Shown here in pieces: positions 8,914 through 18,495 of a stretch of DNA of 64,000 nt. The notes beneath the pieces were generated by a model that did not search any database, was not told the origin of the DNA, and saw nothing but the letters and a program-made list of their open reading frames with translations. The translations under genes were made by a program, and so were the position numbers. Origin of the DNA: Alphaproteobacteria bacterium (GTDB taxonomy: Bacteria; Pseudomonadota; Alphaproteobacteria; JAAXGF01); NCBI GenBank assembly GCA_963555825.3, contig CAUVXB020000001.1, forward strand, positions 928,001-992,000, given 5' to 3'. How positions within the stretch are numbered: the first letter of the stretch is position 1; every line of letters begins with the position of its first letter.

Positions 8914-10461
8914 GTGGCCACCCGTGTCATGGCTGAAGCTACCGTGAACGCCGAACCGCAACATCCCGACCGGTTGACCCTGCGCGGTATGATGATTGCG
9001 CTGTGCGCGACCGTCAGCACTGGGGCCTACGCCTTCACATGGAATTCGGTGGGCGTCGCCCTGCCACGGATGCAGGGCAGCTTCTCGGCGACCACCGATC
9101 AGATCACCTGGGTCGCCATATCGTTCGTCATCGGCAGCGCCATGATGACCGGCTGCATCGGCTGGTTCAGCTCCCGGTTCGGGCGCAAGCAGTTGTTTAT
9201 GTTCTCCATCGCCGGTTATGTGGTGAGCCTGCTGGGCTGCGCCTCGGCCACGACGTTGGGCGAGGAGGTGGTGTGGCGGTTTCTCCAGGGCCTCCTCGGG
9301 GCGCCGATGATGCCGTTGGGTCAGGCCATCGCGGTCAACGCCTTTCCCGCCGACCGACACGCTCAGGCGACGTCGCTATGGGCGCTGGGCTTCGTTTCGG
9401 CCAACGTCTTCTCGCCGGTCATCGCCGGCGGACTGGTCGAGAATTACGGCTGGCCGTGGATCTATTATGTGACGGTGCCCGTCGGCATCGCTGTCTTCAT
9501 CGCCTCGTGGTTCCTGGTGCCGAACGAAGCCAAGGACCCGCGCCCGCTCGACTGGACCGGATTTCTCGCCCTGATCATCGGCGTCGCCACGTTGCAATTG
9601 ATGCTTGCCCGGGGCCAGCGCCTCGACTGGTTCGAGTCCAACGAGATCATCATCGAGGCGGTGGTCGCTGTCATCGCGATTCACGTCTTCATCGTTCATA
9701 CCATTACCGGCAAAAGCCCCTTCGTCGACCGCGCTCTGTTTCGCGACCGCAATTACGCCCTTGGCCAGGTGTTCATCTTCACCGTCGGCGCGGTAATGTT
9801 CCTGCCGCTCCTGTTGCTGCCGCTGCTGATGCAGCAGATCGCCGGCTATCCGCCCATCGAAACCGGCTATCTGCTGTTGCCCCGAGGCATCGGCTCGGTC
9901 CTCGGGCTGCTGGTCATGAGTCAGATGCGCGACCGCGTCGACCCGCGTCCGCTGATCTTCATGGGCCTCGCCACCATGGCCTGGTCGGCCTGGGACATGT
10001 CCCAGTGGACCGTCGAAGTTGGTAGGTGGGACATCGCCTTTCCCAATTTCATGCAGGGTTGCGCCGCCAGTTTTATATGGGCGCCGCTCAACAAGCTGGT
10101 GCTGTCGAACCTGGGCCGGCGATTTCAGGATCAGGGTTACGCGTTGTTCTATCTAAACTTCGATATAGGCAGCGCGCTCGGCACCGCCTCGATCATCGCG
10201 CTTCACGCCCGCCACAGCCAGATCAACCACGCCATCCTCAGCGAGTACGTCAATCCCTTCAACGATTGGTTCCGCATGGGCACCGGGTCGGGCGCCTGGT
10301 CACTGTCCGATAGCAGCAGTCTGGCCGCGATCGAGGTCGAGATCACCCGCCAGGCGACGATGATCTCCTACAACAACAGCTTCATGGTGATCGCCATTTC
10401 ACTGGCCGCGCTGATCCCCCTGATCCTGCTATTCCGCCACCGCCGGCCCAAGGGGCCTTGA
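8914..10461 (+). CDS. DHA2/EmrB-like MFS efflux transporter
   Basis: VALPRMQGSFSATTDQITWV, RFGRKQLF, RFLQGLLG, GQRLDWFES; many hydrophobic segments. Confidence 0.9.
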   Translation: MATRVMAEATVNAEPQHPDRLTLRGMMIALCATVSTGAYAFTWNSVGVALPRMQGSFSATTDQITWVAISFVIGSAMMTGCIGWFSSRFGRKQLFMFSIAGYVVSLLGCASATTLGEEVVWRFLQGLLGAPMMPLGQAIAVNAFPADRHAQATSLWALGFVSANVFSPVIAGGLVENYGWPWIYYVTVPVGIAVFIASWFLVPNEAKDPRPLDWTGFLALIIGVATLQLMLARGQRLDWFESNEIIIEAVVAVIAIHVFIVHTITGKSPFVDRALFRDRNYALGQVFIFTVGAVMFLPLLLLPLLMQQIAGYPPIETGYLLLPRGIGSVLGLLVMSQMRDRVDPRPLIFMGLATMAWSAWDMSQWTVEVGRWDIAFPNFMQGCAASFIWAPLNKLVLSNLGRRFQDQGYALFYLNFDIGSALGTASIIALHARHSQINHAILSEYVNPFNDWFRMGTGSGAWSLSDSSSLAAIEVEITRQATMISYNNSFMVIAISLAALIPLILLFRHRRPKGP

Positions 10462-10544
10462 CACCATAGGCTAAGAAAAATGACCGTTAAGAGATGGGGT
10501 CACACGCAGCTCTCTCCCTCTCCCCGCTGCGTCTTTTCGTCTAC

Positions 10545-11822
10545 TCAGAAGAAGACATAAGATCGGACCACGATGTTCTTGCGGCAGGGAGCGTCGTCGG
10601 GCGCGGTTGGGTCGATGCAGGCAGTGTGGAAAGACCAGCGCGAGACGGAGCCGTCGGTGACAGAGTCATAGCACTTGAGCATCGAGACCTCGGTGGGCTT
10701 CTGCTCGGGAAACCAGTACCACTCGTGGTCGGGGCGGTGGGTGAAGCGGGTGGTCTCGCCGACGCGGTCGTCGTAGACCCGGTAGTTGGTGATGTACGGC
10801 TGGTCGGCGAAAGAGGGCCACGCGCAGAGCACGAAGGGGTTCTGGCGCACGGTCTCCATCGGCTTGGCGAGGTTGATCGACATGAACCGCCGCGACATCT
10901 TCGCGTCGGCCTGCTCCTCCGTGTAGTGCTGCTCGCGCCCGAAGTTTCGCAGGTTCTTCGTGAGCAGCTCGCGGCAGCGCACGCGGCCACTGTTGTCGTT
11001 CAGGTCGTTGTGCACGATGTTGGCGTATTCGACGTTTACACCCGGGTTCTTGTTGTCCTGGTCCTCCGTGCGGTCGCCTTTGTAGTCTTTGTTAAAGACG
11101 TCGTGGTTGTACACGAGCGCGTCTGTCGCGTCCGGGAAGGACGCCAAGAGGAGCTTCTCCATCTCCGGGTAGAAGACGCGCTCCACCTCCGCCGCGTCGT
11201 AGAAGTCCTCGCACTTGGACTCGCAGTGAGCCAACGCGACACCGAGCCTGTCCATGCACGCCGGGCTGTAGGGCGAGAGTCCTGGGTAGTATTCCTCCAT
11301 CCGTCGCGCGTCGCGCAACACCTGCGGAAAGTAGAGGCATCGCCGCCCGGTGTCCTCCTCGGCCTTGCGCAACGCCTTTGTCTCGGCCTCGCGCGCCGGG
11401 TCCCGCCAAAGTGCGTTGGACGACACGACGGAGTAGGACGGCTGCTCGTTGATGGTGTAGCGCAGCGGCAGCGCGACACCGCCTTCAGGGACTTCGATGT
11501 TGTTCGCCCGAATGTACTCCAAGCACTCATCGTAGCCACGAAACCCGACGCCCCACCTGGTTTCGATCGGGCCGGGGGGAGCGTTCTCGAGCATGTCGAT
11601 AACCGCCTGGCCCTTGCCCTCGGCAATCTGGATGAGCGCCGCCTCCGTCGCCGCGGCGGTTCCCGCATCCCCGCCCCGATCGAACGACATGTAGGATAAA
11701 CCTCCGTTCGCAGCGATGGGTGGTGGCTGCCCTTCTGTGAGTTGGAGGGGAGGCACATAGGCCGACGAAACTGTCGCCGCAACCGACGCAACGTGGTTCT
11801 CGATGACCTTGAGCCGGTCCAT
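10545..11822 (-). CDS. CmcJ/NvfI-like oxidoreductase with long N-terminal extension
   Basis: VHND, HEWYWFPEQKPTEV..LKCYDS, SFHTACIDP, RKNIVVRSYVFF resemble this family; start taken at MDRLK. Confidence 0.65.
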   Translation of the reverse strand: MDRLKVIENHVASVAATVSSAYVPPLQLTEGQPPPIAANGGLSYMSFDRGGDAGTAAATEAALIQIAEGKGQAVIDMLENAPPGPIETRWGVGFRGYDECLEYIRANNIEVPEGGVALPLRYTINEQPSYSVVSSNALWRDPAREAETKALRKAEEDTGRRCLYFPQVLRDARRMEEYYPGLSPYSPACMDRLGVALAHCESKCEDFYDAAEVERVFYPEMEKLLLASFPDATDALVYNHDVFNKDYKGDRTEDQDNKNPGVNVEYANIVHNDLNDNSGRVRCRELLTKNLRNFGREQHYTEEQADAKMSRRFMSINLAKPMETVRQNPFVLCAWPSFADQPYITNYRVYDDRVGETTRFTHRPDHEWYWFPEQKPTEVSMLKCYDSVTDGSVSRWSFHTACIDPTAPDDAPCRKNIVVRSYVFF

Positions 11823-11943
11823 AGCATGCTCCCGGTTAAAAACACCCCATCGTGGCACACAGGGCTTGTATTTGTTAGGGCTTGTATTTCTTGGTCACAC
11901 GAACGTACGCCCGCCTGCCGCGCAGCCAATGTCCGAAAATGGG

Positions 11944-13171
11944 GGCGGTCTCAATGGGTCGACGCAACACTTTATCTTGAACGAAGAGATGGAGTGTATG
12001 CAGATGACGCGAAGAAATGGTCGAGGGTTCAGTTCGGCAGAGAAGACGGAGCTTTGGGACCGCTGGCAACGCGGGGAGTCGTTGAAGGCGATTGGTCGGG
12101 TGTTTGGTAAGCCGTCGTCGTCGATTTATTTCCAACTATCGCCGCACGGCGGGATCCGGCCTTCGCCACGACGGCGCTCGCGGCTGGCGTTGAGCCTATG
12201 GGAACGCGAGGAGATCTCACGGGGGATCGTGGCCCGGCACTCGATCCGATCGATGGCGTTGTTGCTGAGCCGGTCGCCCTCGACGGTGAGCCGGGAAGTT
12301 CGCCGCAATGGCGGTTATGATCAGTATCGTGCCGCGCTTGCCGATGACATGGCCTGGGCTCGAGCGCGACGCCCGAAGCGATGTAAGCTGGCACTGAGTT
12401 CGGGGATGCGGCGGGTGGTGGCGATGAAGCTCGGGTTGAACTGGTCACCGGAGCAGATCGCCGGATGGCTCAAGCGAGCGCATCCAGGAGCTGGGTCTTA
12501 TCAGGTGTCTCACGAGACGATCTATCGCAGTTTGTTTGTTCAAGCCCGCGGTGTGCTTAAGAAGGAGCTGCTTCAGCATCTTCGATCGAAGCGCACGATC
12601 CGACGCTCGAAAGAGGCGCGCCGGAAAGGCGTTGGCCGGGGTCAAATCACGGACATGGTGTCGATCCGTGAGCGCCCGGCCTCGGTCGAAGATCGGGCGG
12701 TGCCGGGTCACTGGGAAGGTGATCTGTTGTCGGGATCGAAGAACAGCTACATCGCGACCCTGGTCGAACGTCAAACGCGTTACGTGATGTTGGTAAAGGT
12801 TGCCAACAAGGAAACCCTGACAGTGGTATCCGCGCTCATCAGGCAGGCGAGGAAGCTGCCGACCGAGCTCTACAAGTCCCTGACCTGGGACCGGGGCAAG
12901 GAACTCGCGGACCATCGCCGGTTCAGCTTGGCGACCGACATCGATGTCTACTTCTGTGATCCGCAAAGCCCGTGGCAACGGGGTTCCAATGAGAACACTA
13001 ATGGCCTGCTCAGACAGTACTTCCCCAAAGGCACCGACGTGTCGGTATACTCGCAGGCTCATCTGAACAAAGTGGCGCGTCAGCTCAACGAACGGCCACG
13101 CAAAACCTTGGGGTTTGAAACACCGGCAGAGAGATTCAACGCTTGTGTTGCATCGACCGGTTGAGGCGGCA
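11944..13171 (+). mobile_element. IS30 family element
   Basis: 26-bp imperfect IRs GGCGGTCTCAATGGGTCGACGCAACA / TGTTGCATCGACCGGTTGAGGCGGCA; flanking GG duplication. Confidence 0.9.
12004..13164 (+). CDS. IS30 transposase
   Basis: WSPEQIAG, GHWEGDL, LTWDRGKE, PWQRGSNENTNGLLRQYFPKG; start could be 11998. Confidence 0.95.
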   Translation: MTRRNGRGFSSAEKTELWDRWQRGESLKAIGRVFGKPSSSIYFQLSPHGGIRPSPRRRSRLALSLWEREEISRGIVARHSIRSMALLLSRSPSTVSREVRRNGGYDQYRAALADDMAWARARRPKRCKLALSSGMRRVVAMKLGLNWSPEQIAGWLKRAHPGAGSYQVSHETIYRSLFVQARGVLKKELLQHLRSKRTIRRSKEARRKGVGRGQITDMVSIRERPASVEDRAVPGHWEGDLLSGSKNSYIATLVERQTRYVMLVKVANKETLTVVSALIRQARKLPTELYKSLTWDRGKELADHRRFSLATDIDVYFCDPQSPWQRGSNENTNGLLRQYFPKGTDVSVYSQAHLNKVARQLNERPRKTLGFETPAERFNACVASTG

Positions 13172-13312
13172 GGTAGTAGCTGACATTGCGACGGATTAGC
13201 CAGCATGTCCGGTTCCCGCTCGTAAGCAGATGGGGTGGATGGCTCCCGCTCCCGGCACCGAGATGCCAAAGTGGTGGTTGTTATCAACCACGAGCAAGAG
13301 GAGCTATCCGCC

Positions 13313-13668
13313 ATGAAAGTTACCACTGTCGGCCTCGATCTGGCCAAGAACGTTTTCCAAGTCCACGGCATTGACAGCACCGGCAAGGTCATCGTCCGCC
13401 GATCGTTGCGCCGGCGCCAGATGATGCCGTTCTTCGGCAAGCTGGAACCGTGTCTGATCGGTATCGAGGCGTGCGGCACGAGCCACTTCTGGTCCCGCGA
13501 GCTCCAGGCATTGGGGCACGAGGTGAAATTGATGCCACCGATCTACGTCAAACCATACGTCAAGCGCGGCAAGACCGACGCCGCCGATGCGGAGGCGATC
13601 TGCGAGGCGGTGACTGACGCGCCCCACGATGCGGTTCGTCGCGATCAAGTCGGCCGAGCAGCAATCGG
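13313..13668 (+). pseudogene. IS110 transposase N-terminal fragment
   Basis: MKVTTVGLDLAKNVFQVHG, GIEACG, KTDAADAEAICEAV; small TGAC duplication near 13612; cut by the IS3-like element. Confidence 0.9.
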
Positions 13669-13703
13669 TGTATCGCACCCGGTTCCTTGGACACAAGTTT
13701 GTC

Positions 13704-14615
13704 TCATGCGGCGGGCCTGAGTGACATCGCGGTGTGCCACGCCTGACGAGCTTGAGCGGGGCTCAGGTAGCCGTTCTTCTCCACGATCCACTGGGCATTG
13801 TACTGTTCGACGAACCCGCGGACGGCGTTCCGCAGCTCCGCGATGTTGCGGTAGATGCGGCCATGGATGATCTGTTCCTTGAGCGTGCGATTGAACCTCT
13901 CGGCGACGCCGTTGGTCTGGGGCTGTTCGACGAAGGCGTAGGACGGCTGGATGCCCCAGAACTTGATCTGGTTGGTGAAGTGGTCCGACAGATACTGGGA
14001 GCCGTGATCCATCCGCAAGGCCAGCCCCCGCGCCGCACCGGCGGAGGTCGAGGCATACAGCCTCGCAAGCCCCATGGAGATCGGCTGAAGGGCGGCGAAG
14101 CGGTCGCCTCGCTTGCACACATGCCAGCCGACGCACTCGGCGTTCCAATGCTCGATGGCGGTGAATATCCAGCCCCAGCCGTCGTCCACCGTGAACACCC
14201 GAACGCCGTCCGTGCCCCACATGAGGTTGGGGGCATGGGTGATGATCTCACCGACATGGGGATTTCCGCCACGGCGGCGGCAGCGATGGGGCGAGAGCAG
14301 GTTGTTCTCGCGCATCACCCGGAGCCCCCGCTTGCGGGAAACACGGATGCCACGACAGACCCGAAGCCGAGCCCAGACCTTGCGGTGTCCCTCGCCCTCC
14401 CAGGGGGATGCCTCCAGGTCGGCCTCGATGGCCACCAGCAGAGCCTCGTCCGAGATCGAGGGCTTCGGTCCCCGGCGCTTTGCTGGTGGGCGCTCAGCGG
14501 TGGCCTGCTGCCGGGATTTCATGGCGTAGAACGAGGAACGGGCAAAACCCCAGGCCGCACAGACCCGCTGGAGGCCGTAGGCCAAACCCGTGCCGGGAGA
14601 GGTGGCGGCACTCAT
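13704..14615 (-). CDS. IS3-like OrfB, integrase-core DDE transposase
   Basis: WGTD, RMDHGSQY, PQTNGVAERFNRTLKE. Confidence 0.9.
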   Translation of the reverse strand: MSAATSPGTGLAYGLQRVCAAWGFARSSFYAMKSRQQATAERPPAKRRGPKPSISDEALLVAIEADLEASPWEGEGHRKVWARLRVCRGIRVSRKRGLRVMRENNLLSPHRCRRRGGNPHVGEIITHAPNLMWGTDGVRVFTVDDGWGWIFTAIEHWNAECVGWHVCKRGDRFAALQPISMGLARLYASTSAGAARGLALRMDHGSQYLSDHFTNQIKFWGIQPSYAFVEQPQTNGVAERFNRTLKEQIIHGRIYRNIAELRNAVRGFVEQYNAQWIVEKNGYLSPAQARQAWHTAMSLRPAA

Positions 14616-15043
14616 CGCCGCGACCTCCGCCGCCCCAAAGGGCCGGACGTCTCCGTCTTGGCCTCCAGCAGTTCCACCTGCATGATCAACTCCCCGATCC
14701 GCTTCATGGCGATGTCCAGTTCCGCCTTCACCGGATCGCCCTTGCGTTCCTTGAGCGAGGCATCGATCCCGGCGATCGCCTTCTCACGCCACTGCTCGAG
14801 CCGGAAAATCTCCACGCCCAACTGCCGCGACAAAAGTTCCACCGGCTCGCCACGCAAAAGCCGCAGGGCAACCTCACGCTTGCGCGTCACCGTCCACCGC
14901 TGGCCAAGTCCCAGCGGGCCTGCCGGCGAAACCTGGCCCGGGGAAAACGTGGACGAGCCAAGCTCGCCCTCGTTTACCACAGGCCCATCAACAGCAACTT
15001 TGTTCTCAAAATTGTCGGTCATGTTCCGGTCCTCCTTGGACAC
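14612..15043 (-). CDS. IS3-like OrfA, HTH protein
   Basis: RKREVALRLLRGE, KRIGEL; ATGA overlap with orfB. Confidence 0.8.
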   Translation of the reverse strand: MSKEDRNMTDNFENKVAVDGPVVNEGELGSSTFSPGQVSPAGPLGLGQRWTVTRKREVALRLLRGEPVELLSRQLGVEIFRLEQWREKAIAGIDASLKERKGDPVKAELDIAMKRIGELIMQVELLEAKTETSGPLGRRRSRR

Positions 15044-15847
15044 TTCGATTAAGCCAATTCTGTGTCCAAGGAAATCGGGTCCGACTCACAAAGGGCTACT
15101 CGCCGCGGCGGCTGACGGCAGACGAGGAAGCGGCGCTGGCGGCGGTCATCATCGCCGGGCCGGAGCCTGAGCGCGACGGGGTTTGCGCCTGGACCCGGGC
15201 CGATCTGTGCCGCTGGCTGGAGGAGCGCTTCGCCAAGACCTACCACCCCTCGAGCATGACCCGGGTTCTACGGCGGATGGGATTTTCCCGCCAGAAGGCG
15301 CGCCCGAGCCACCCGCGAAGGGACGCCGAAGCGCAGGAGCGCTTCAAAAAAGGGGGCTTCGCGACATCCTGAAGGCGACCGCCGCGGCGCATCCCGACAA
15401 GCGCCTACAGCTGTGGTTTCAGGATGAAGCGCGCGTCGGCAACAAGGGCCGGGTGTGTCACCGGTGGTGGCGCAGGGGCGAGCGTGCCCCCGGGACGCGT
15501 CAAATCGGCTACCAGTGGGCCTACATCTTCTCCGCCGTGCGCCCGGACACCGGCGACGACGTCACCCTGGTGATGCCGAGCGTCAACGCCAAGGTCATGG
15601 ACCTGTTTCTCGCACACTTCGCCGATACCCTGGACCAGGATGCGCACGCCGTCATGATGTGCGACGGCGCCGGTTGGCACGACGAGCGCGCCCTCACCGT
15701 CCCCGACAACGTCACCTTGGCGCTGTTGCCGCCTTACAGTCCCGAACTCAACCCCGTCGAGCGGGTTTGGCTCTACCTACGCGAACGCTTCCTATCGCTC
15801 CGCGTCCTCGACGACACCGAGGCCATCATCGACGCCTGTTGCCAAGC

Positions 15848-17222
15848 GAGCTATTGTCAAAAGTTGTGTATGGGCTGATCATGCGGCGGCGCGATCCTGG
15901 CGTTCTCCATCTACGAATTTGACGCCGCGAATGATCTCGGCGAGATGGTTCGATCCATCGAGTTTTCTCCATTTTCTCTGAGCGCACTGGCATAGTTTGA
16001 AGACCATGGCCATCGCCGTCTTGCGCGACAGGCAGCCCTTGGTCCGGTAGGTGCGCAGACGAACCGTGGCGAACGTGCTCTCGATGGGGTTGGTCGTGCG
16101 TACATGCTTCCAGTGCTCGGCGGGGAAGTCGTAGAACGTCAGCAGGACGTCGCGGTCCTTGGCCAGGCAGGCCGCGGCCTTGTCGTACTTCGGCCCGTAG
16201 GCTTCCAGGAAGAAGTCGAAGGCGCTCTCGGCATCCTTCCTGGTTTCGGCCATCCAGATGTCTTGCAGGCGCCCCTTGGCTTTCTTTTGCAGACCCTTGG
16301 GCAGCTTGTTCAAGACGTTGCCCGTCTTGTGAACCCAGCAGCGTTGCTCGCGGGCGCCTGGGTAGACTTGGCGGAGCGCCTTCCAGAAGCCGAGCGCGCC
16401 GTCGCCGAGCGCCAGTTGCGGACCCATTTCAAGGCCGCGCCGCTTGAGATCGAGCAGAACTTCGAGCCAGGACTGCTCACTTTCGCGATAGCCGTCGGCG
16501 ATGGCGATCAGTTCCTTCTGTCCCTTGTCCGTGGCCCCGACGATCACCAGGATGCACTGCTTCTCTTCCTCCATGCGGGCGCTGAAATAGATGCCGTCCA
16601 CCCAGAAATAGACGTAGCGCTTGGCCGTGAGGTCGCGCCGTTGCCAGCGCTCCGCCTCAACCCCCCAGACCTCTTTCAGCCGGGTGATCGTGGAGGCCGA
16701 AAGCCCCGGCGCGGAGCTCCCCAGGAGCGCCGCCAAGGCTTCCCCGAAGTCGCCGGTGGAAATGCCCTTCAGATACAGCCATGGCAAAAGGTCTTCCAGG
16801 CTCTTGGCGCGGCGCAGATAGCGCGGCAGGATCGCCGACGTGAAGCGGATGGCGCCGTCCCCCCGGTCCCGCACACGGGGTTGGCGCACGCTCACCGGGC
16901 CGATCCCGGTCTGGATGAAGCGTTCCGGCAGATATCCATTGCGGACAACCCGGCGGCGGCCGGCGGCGTCAACAAGCGCCGCATGGCTACCCAAAAACAC
17001 GGAGACCTCGGCCTCAACGGCTTGGGCCAACAACTCGCGAGCTCCAGCTTGTAGGACTTCCGTCAACGGATCTTTCTGAAAATCAGATGGGTTTTGAAAA
17101 GCAACAACGGTATTCTCTTTCATGGCGTATCCTTCCTTGGCTTAGCTCAAGTGGTGACATCAACAATCACCAGGATACGCCGCCTTCATTTCAACGCCGT
17201 ACACAAGATTCGGTTATAGCTC
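15848..17222 (-). mobile_element. IS256 family element, intact
   Basis: IRs GAGCTAT.../...ATAGCTC; 9-bp target duplication TTGCCAAGC at 15839-15847 and 17223-17231. Confidence 0.95.
15879..17123 (-). CDS. IS256 transposase
   Basis: YFWVDGIY, GDGALGFW, QRCWVHK, RTTNPIES. Confidence 0.95.
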   Translation of the reverse strand: MKENTVVAFQNPSDFQKDPLTEVLQAGARELLAQAVEAEVSVFLGSHAALVDAAGRRRVVRNGYLPERFIQTGIGPVSVRQPRVRDRGDGAIRFTSAILPRYLRRAKSLEDLLPWLYLKGISTGDFGEALAALLGSSAPGLSASTITRLKEVWGVEAERWQRRDLTAKRYVYFWVDGIYFSARMEEEKQCILVIVGATDKGQKELIAIADGYRESEQSWLEVLLDLKRRGLEMGPQLALGDGALGFWKALRQVYPGAREQRCWVHKTGNVLNKLPKGLQKKAKGRLQDIWMAETRKDAESAFDFFLEAYGPKYDKAAACLAKDRDVLLTFYDFPAEHWKHVRTTNPIESTFATVRLRTYRTKGCLSRKTAMAMVFKLCQCAQRKWRKLDGSNHLAEIIRGVKFVDGERQDRAAA

Positions 17223-17312
17223 TTGCCAAGCATGGATCGACCTCATCGCAGAACCGGATCGTATGCGAACCCTCTGCGCCTATCCATGGATCATGAAGGT
17301 GATTTCATAGGC

Positions 17313-17720
17313 TCACTGGTATAACATGGCTAGAGGTACCAAGATAACCAATCTCTGTAAGATAATAATACCCCACGCTTTCCACAAACCGCCACTCAAT
17401 ATCCAAGTATCAAAAAAGAAAAAAGCAGGCCACGAAAACCCTACTTTTATGACTTCAGCCTCGTCATCCTCCGATATTTGGTAGATATCATAGGATCGTC
17501 CTGTTGTTTGATTTTCGGAAGATGAAGAGTTTGGCCCGATTATATGTGTAGCTTTCTGTGGCCTGATTTCTTCACCGCGTCGGAGCAAGATTTCTCTTGC
17601 CACATCCATCGCCTCACTCGTCCAATTTTCCCTGTTATTTTCAATCCAAAGGGAATGTAGCTCTTCGGTCGATTTTGGTTCTAACGACTGACGAATGCTC
17701 TTGTGTTGTTCGCTATCCAT
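17313..17720 (-). pseudogene. Low-GC DUF2628-like membrane protein, 3'-truncated by IS630
   Basis: KVGFSWPAFFF motif; ORF runs into the IS630 end at TA 17320-17321. Confidence 0.6.
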
Positions 17721-18038
17721 TTGTTCTCGCCTTCCTCGGAGAGCCGGAGCACCGTCGCGCCGCCATTTCCCAGATAACCTTTAAACCGGGATTCTCCAGA
17801 TGGCTTCTCCCAGCCACCTACAATGATAGTAGAATGGGCATCCGAGCGTGTATCCGGCTCTGCACTGGCACAATCGGCTGTCGTACGCACTTGATCGGGC
17901 TGATGTGTGACCTTATCGCTTTGTGTGTCATCCCGGTACGCTTGGGACAGTCGGTACGCTTTTAAGAGACAGACTTCTGACGCTGGCTCGCCGCCTTCGC
18001 CGTCTGCTGGTGATCGGCATGACATCACAGCTTCAATC

Positions 18039-18210
18039 GGCACGGCGCAAGCCCGAGGTTCACCCCTGGATCACCAACTTGCTGGTAAGCAAGCCCAACA
18101 AGCTGGTCGCCGTGGCCATGGCCAACAAGGCCGCGCGGATCGCCTGGGTCATCATGACCCGTGGCGAGGCCTACCGCGCTCACCGACCCGCAACTGAGGA
18201 GACCGCATGA
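18039..18210 (+). pseudogene. IS110 transposase C-terminal fragment
   Basis: HPWITNLL..KPNKLVAVAMANKAARIAWVIMTRGEAY. Confidence 0.85.
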
Positions 18211-18495
18211 CCAATTGATCGCTCGAAGGCACAACGCTTTCGACGATTGCAAGGACGACGAGACGTGATGGCGAACCGGTCAGACCGGGGATCGGGACAA
18301 CCCGACCAATGTCCTGGGTGTTCGAGCCCGCTAAGCGGACAACCCGACGAATGTCCTGGGTGTTCGAGCCCGCTAAGCAGATAGGGACCCGATCCACGGA
18401 TACCATCAGGGCCAGCGGTTCAACAAAACCGCATCAACAGGCCGGACACAAGACTGTACCTGACTAGGTCGCTACGCCGAAAAAAGTCCTTGCAA
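18211..18495 (+). ncRNA. Putative bridge/seek RNA of the second IS110, target loop duplicated (42 bp x2)
   Basis: AATGTC 18308/18350 and TAAGCGGA 18332 / TAAGCAGA 18374 match the target; CCATC 18403 and ACACAAGA 18446 match the IS ends; boundaries approximate. Confidence 0.72.

Larger units (their letters stand above)
13669..15088 (-). mobile_element. IS3-like element (orfA/orfB)
   Basis: TG...CA ends with IRs TGTATCGCACCCGGTTCCTTGGACACA / TGTGTCCAAGGAAATCGGGTCCGACTCA; no target duplication seen. Confidence 0.8.
15089..17319 (+). pseudogene. Two-ORF IS630 remnant, left-truncated and interrupted by IS256
   Basis: Winged-HTH fragment, AAAAAAG slippery site ~15346, WFQDEARVG, DGAGWH, LPPYSPELNPVE; frame resumes after IS256 (CQAWIDLIAEPDRMRTLCAYPW) to stop at 17310. 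Confidence 0.85.

Noticed and set aside
18295-18378. Possible CRISPR or iteron repeats
   Set aside because: Only two adjacent units, explained as part of the IS110 non-coding RNA region
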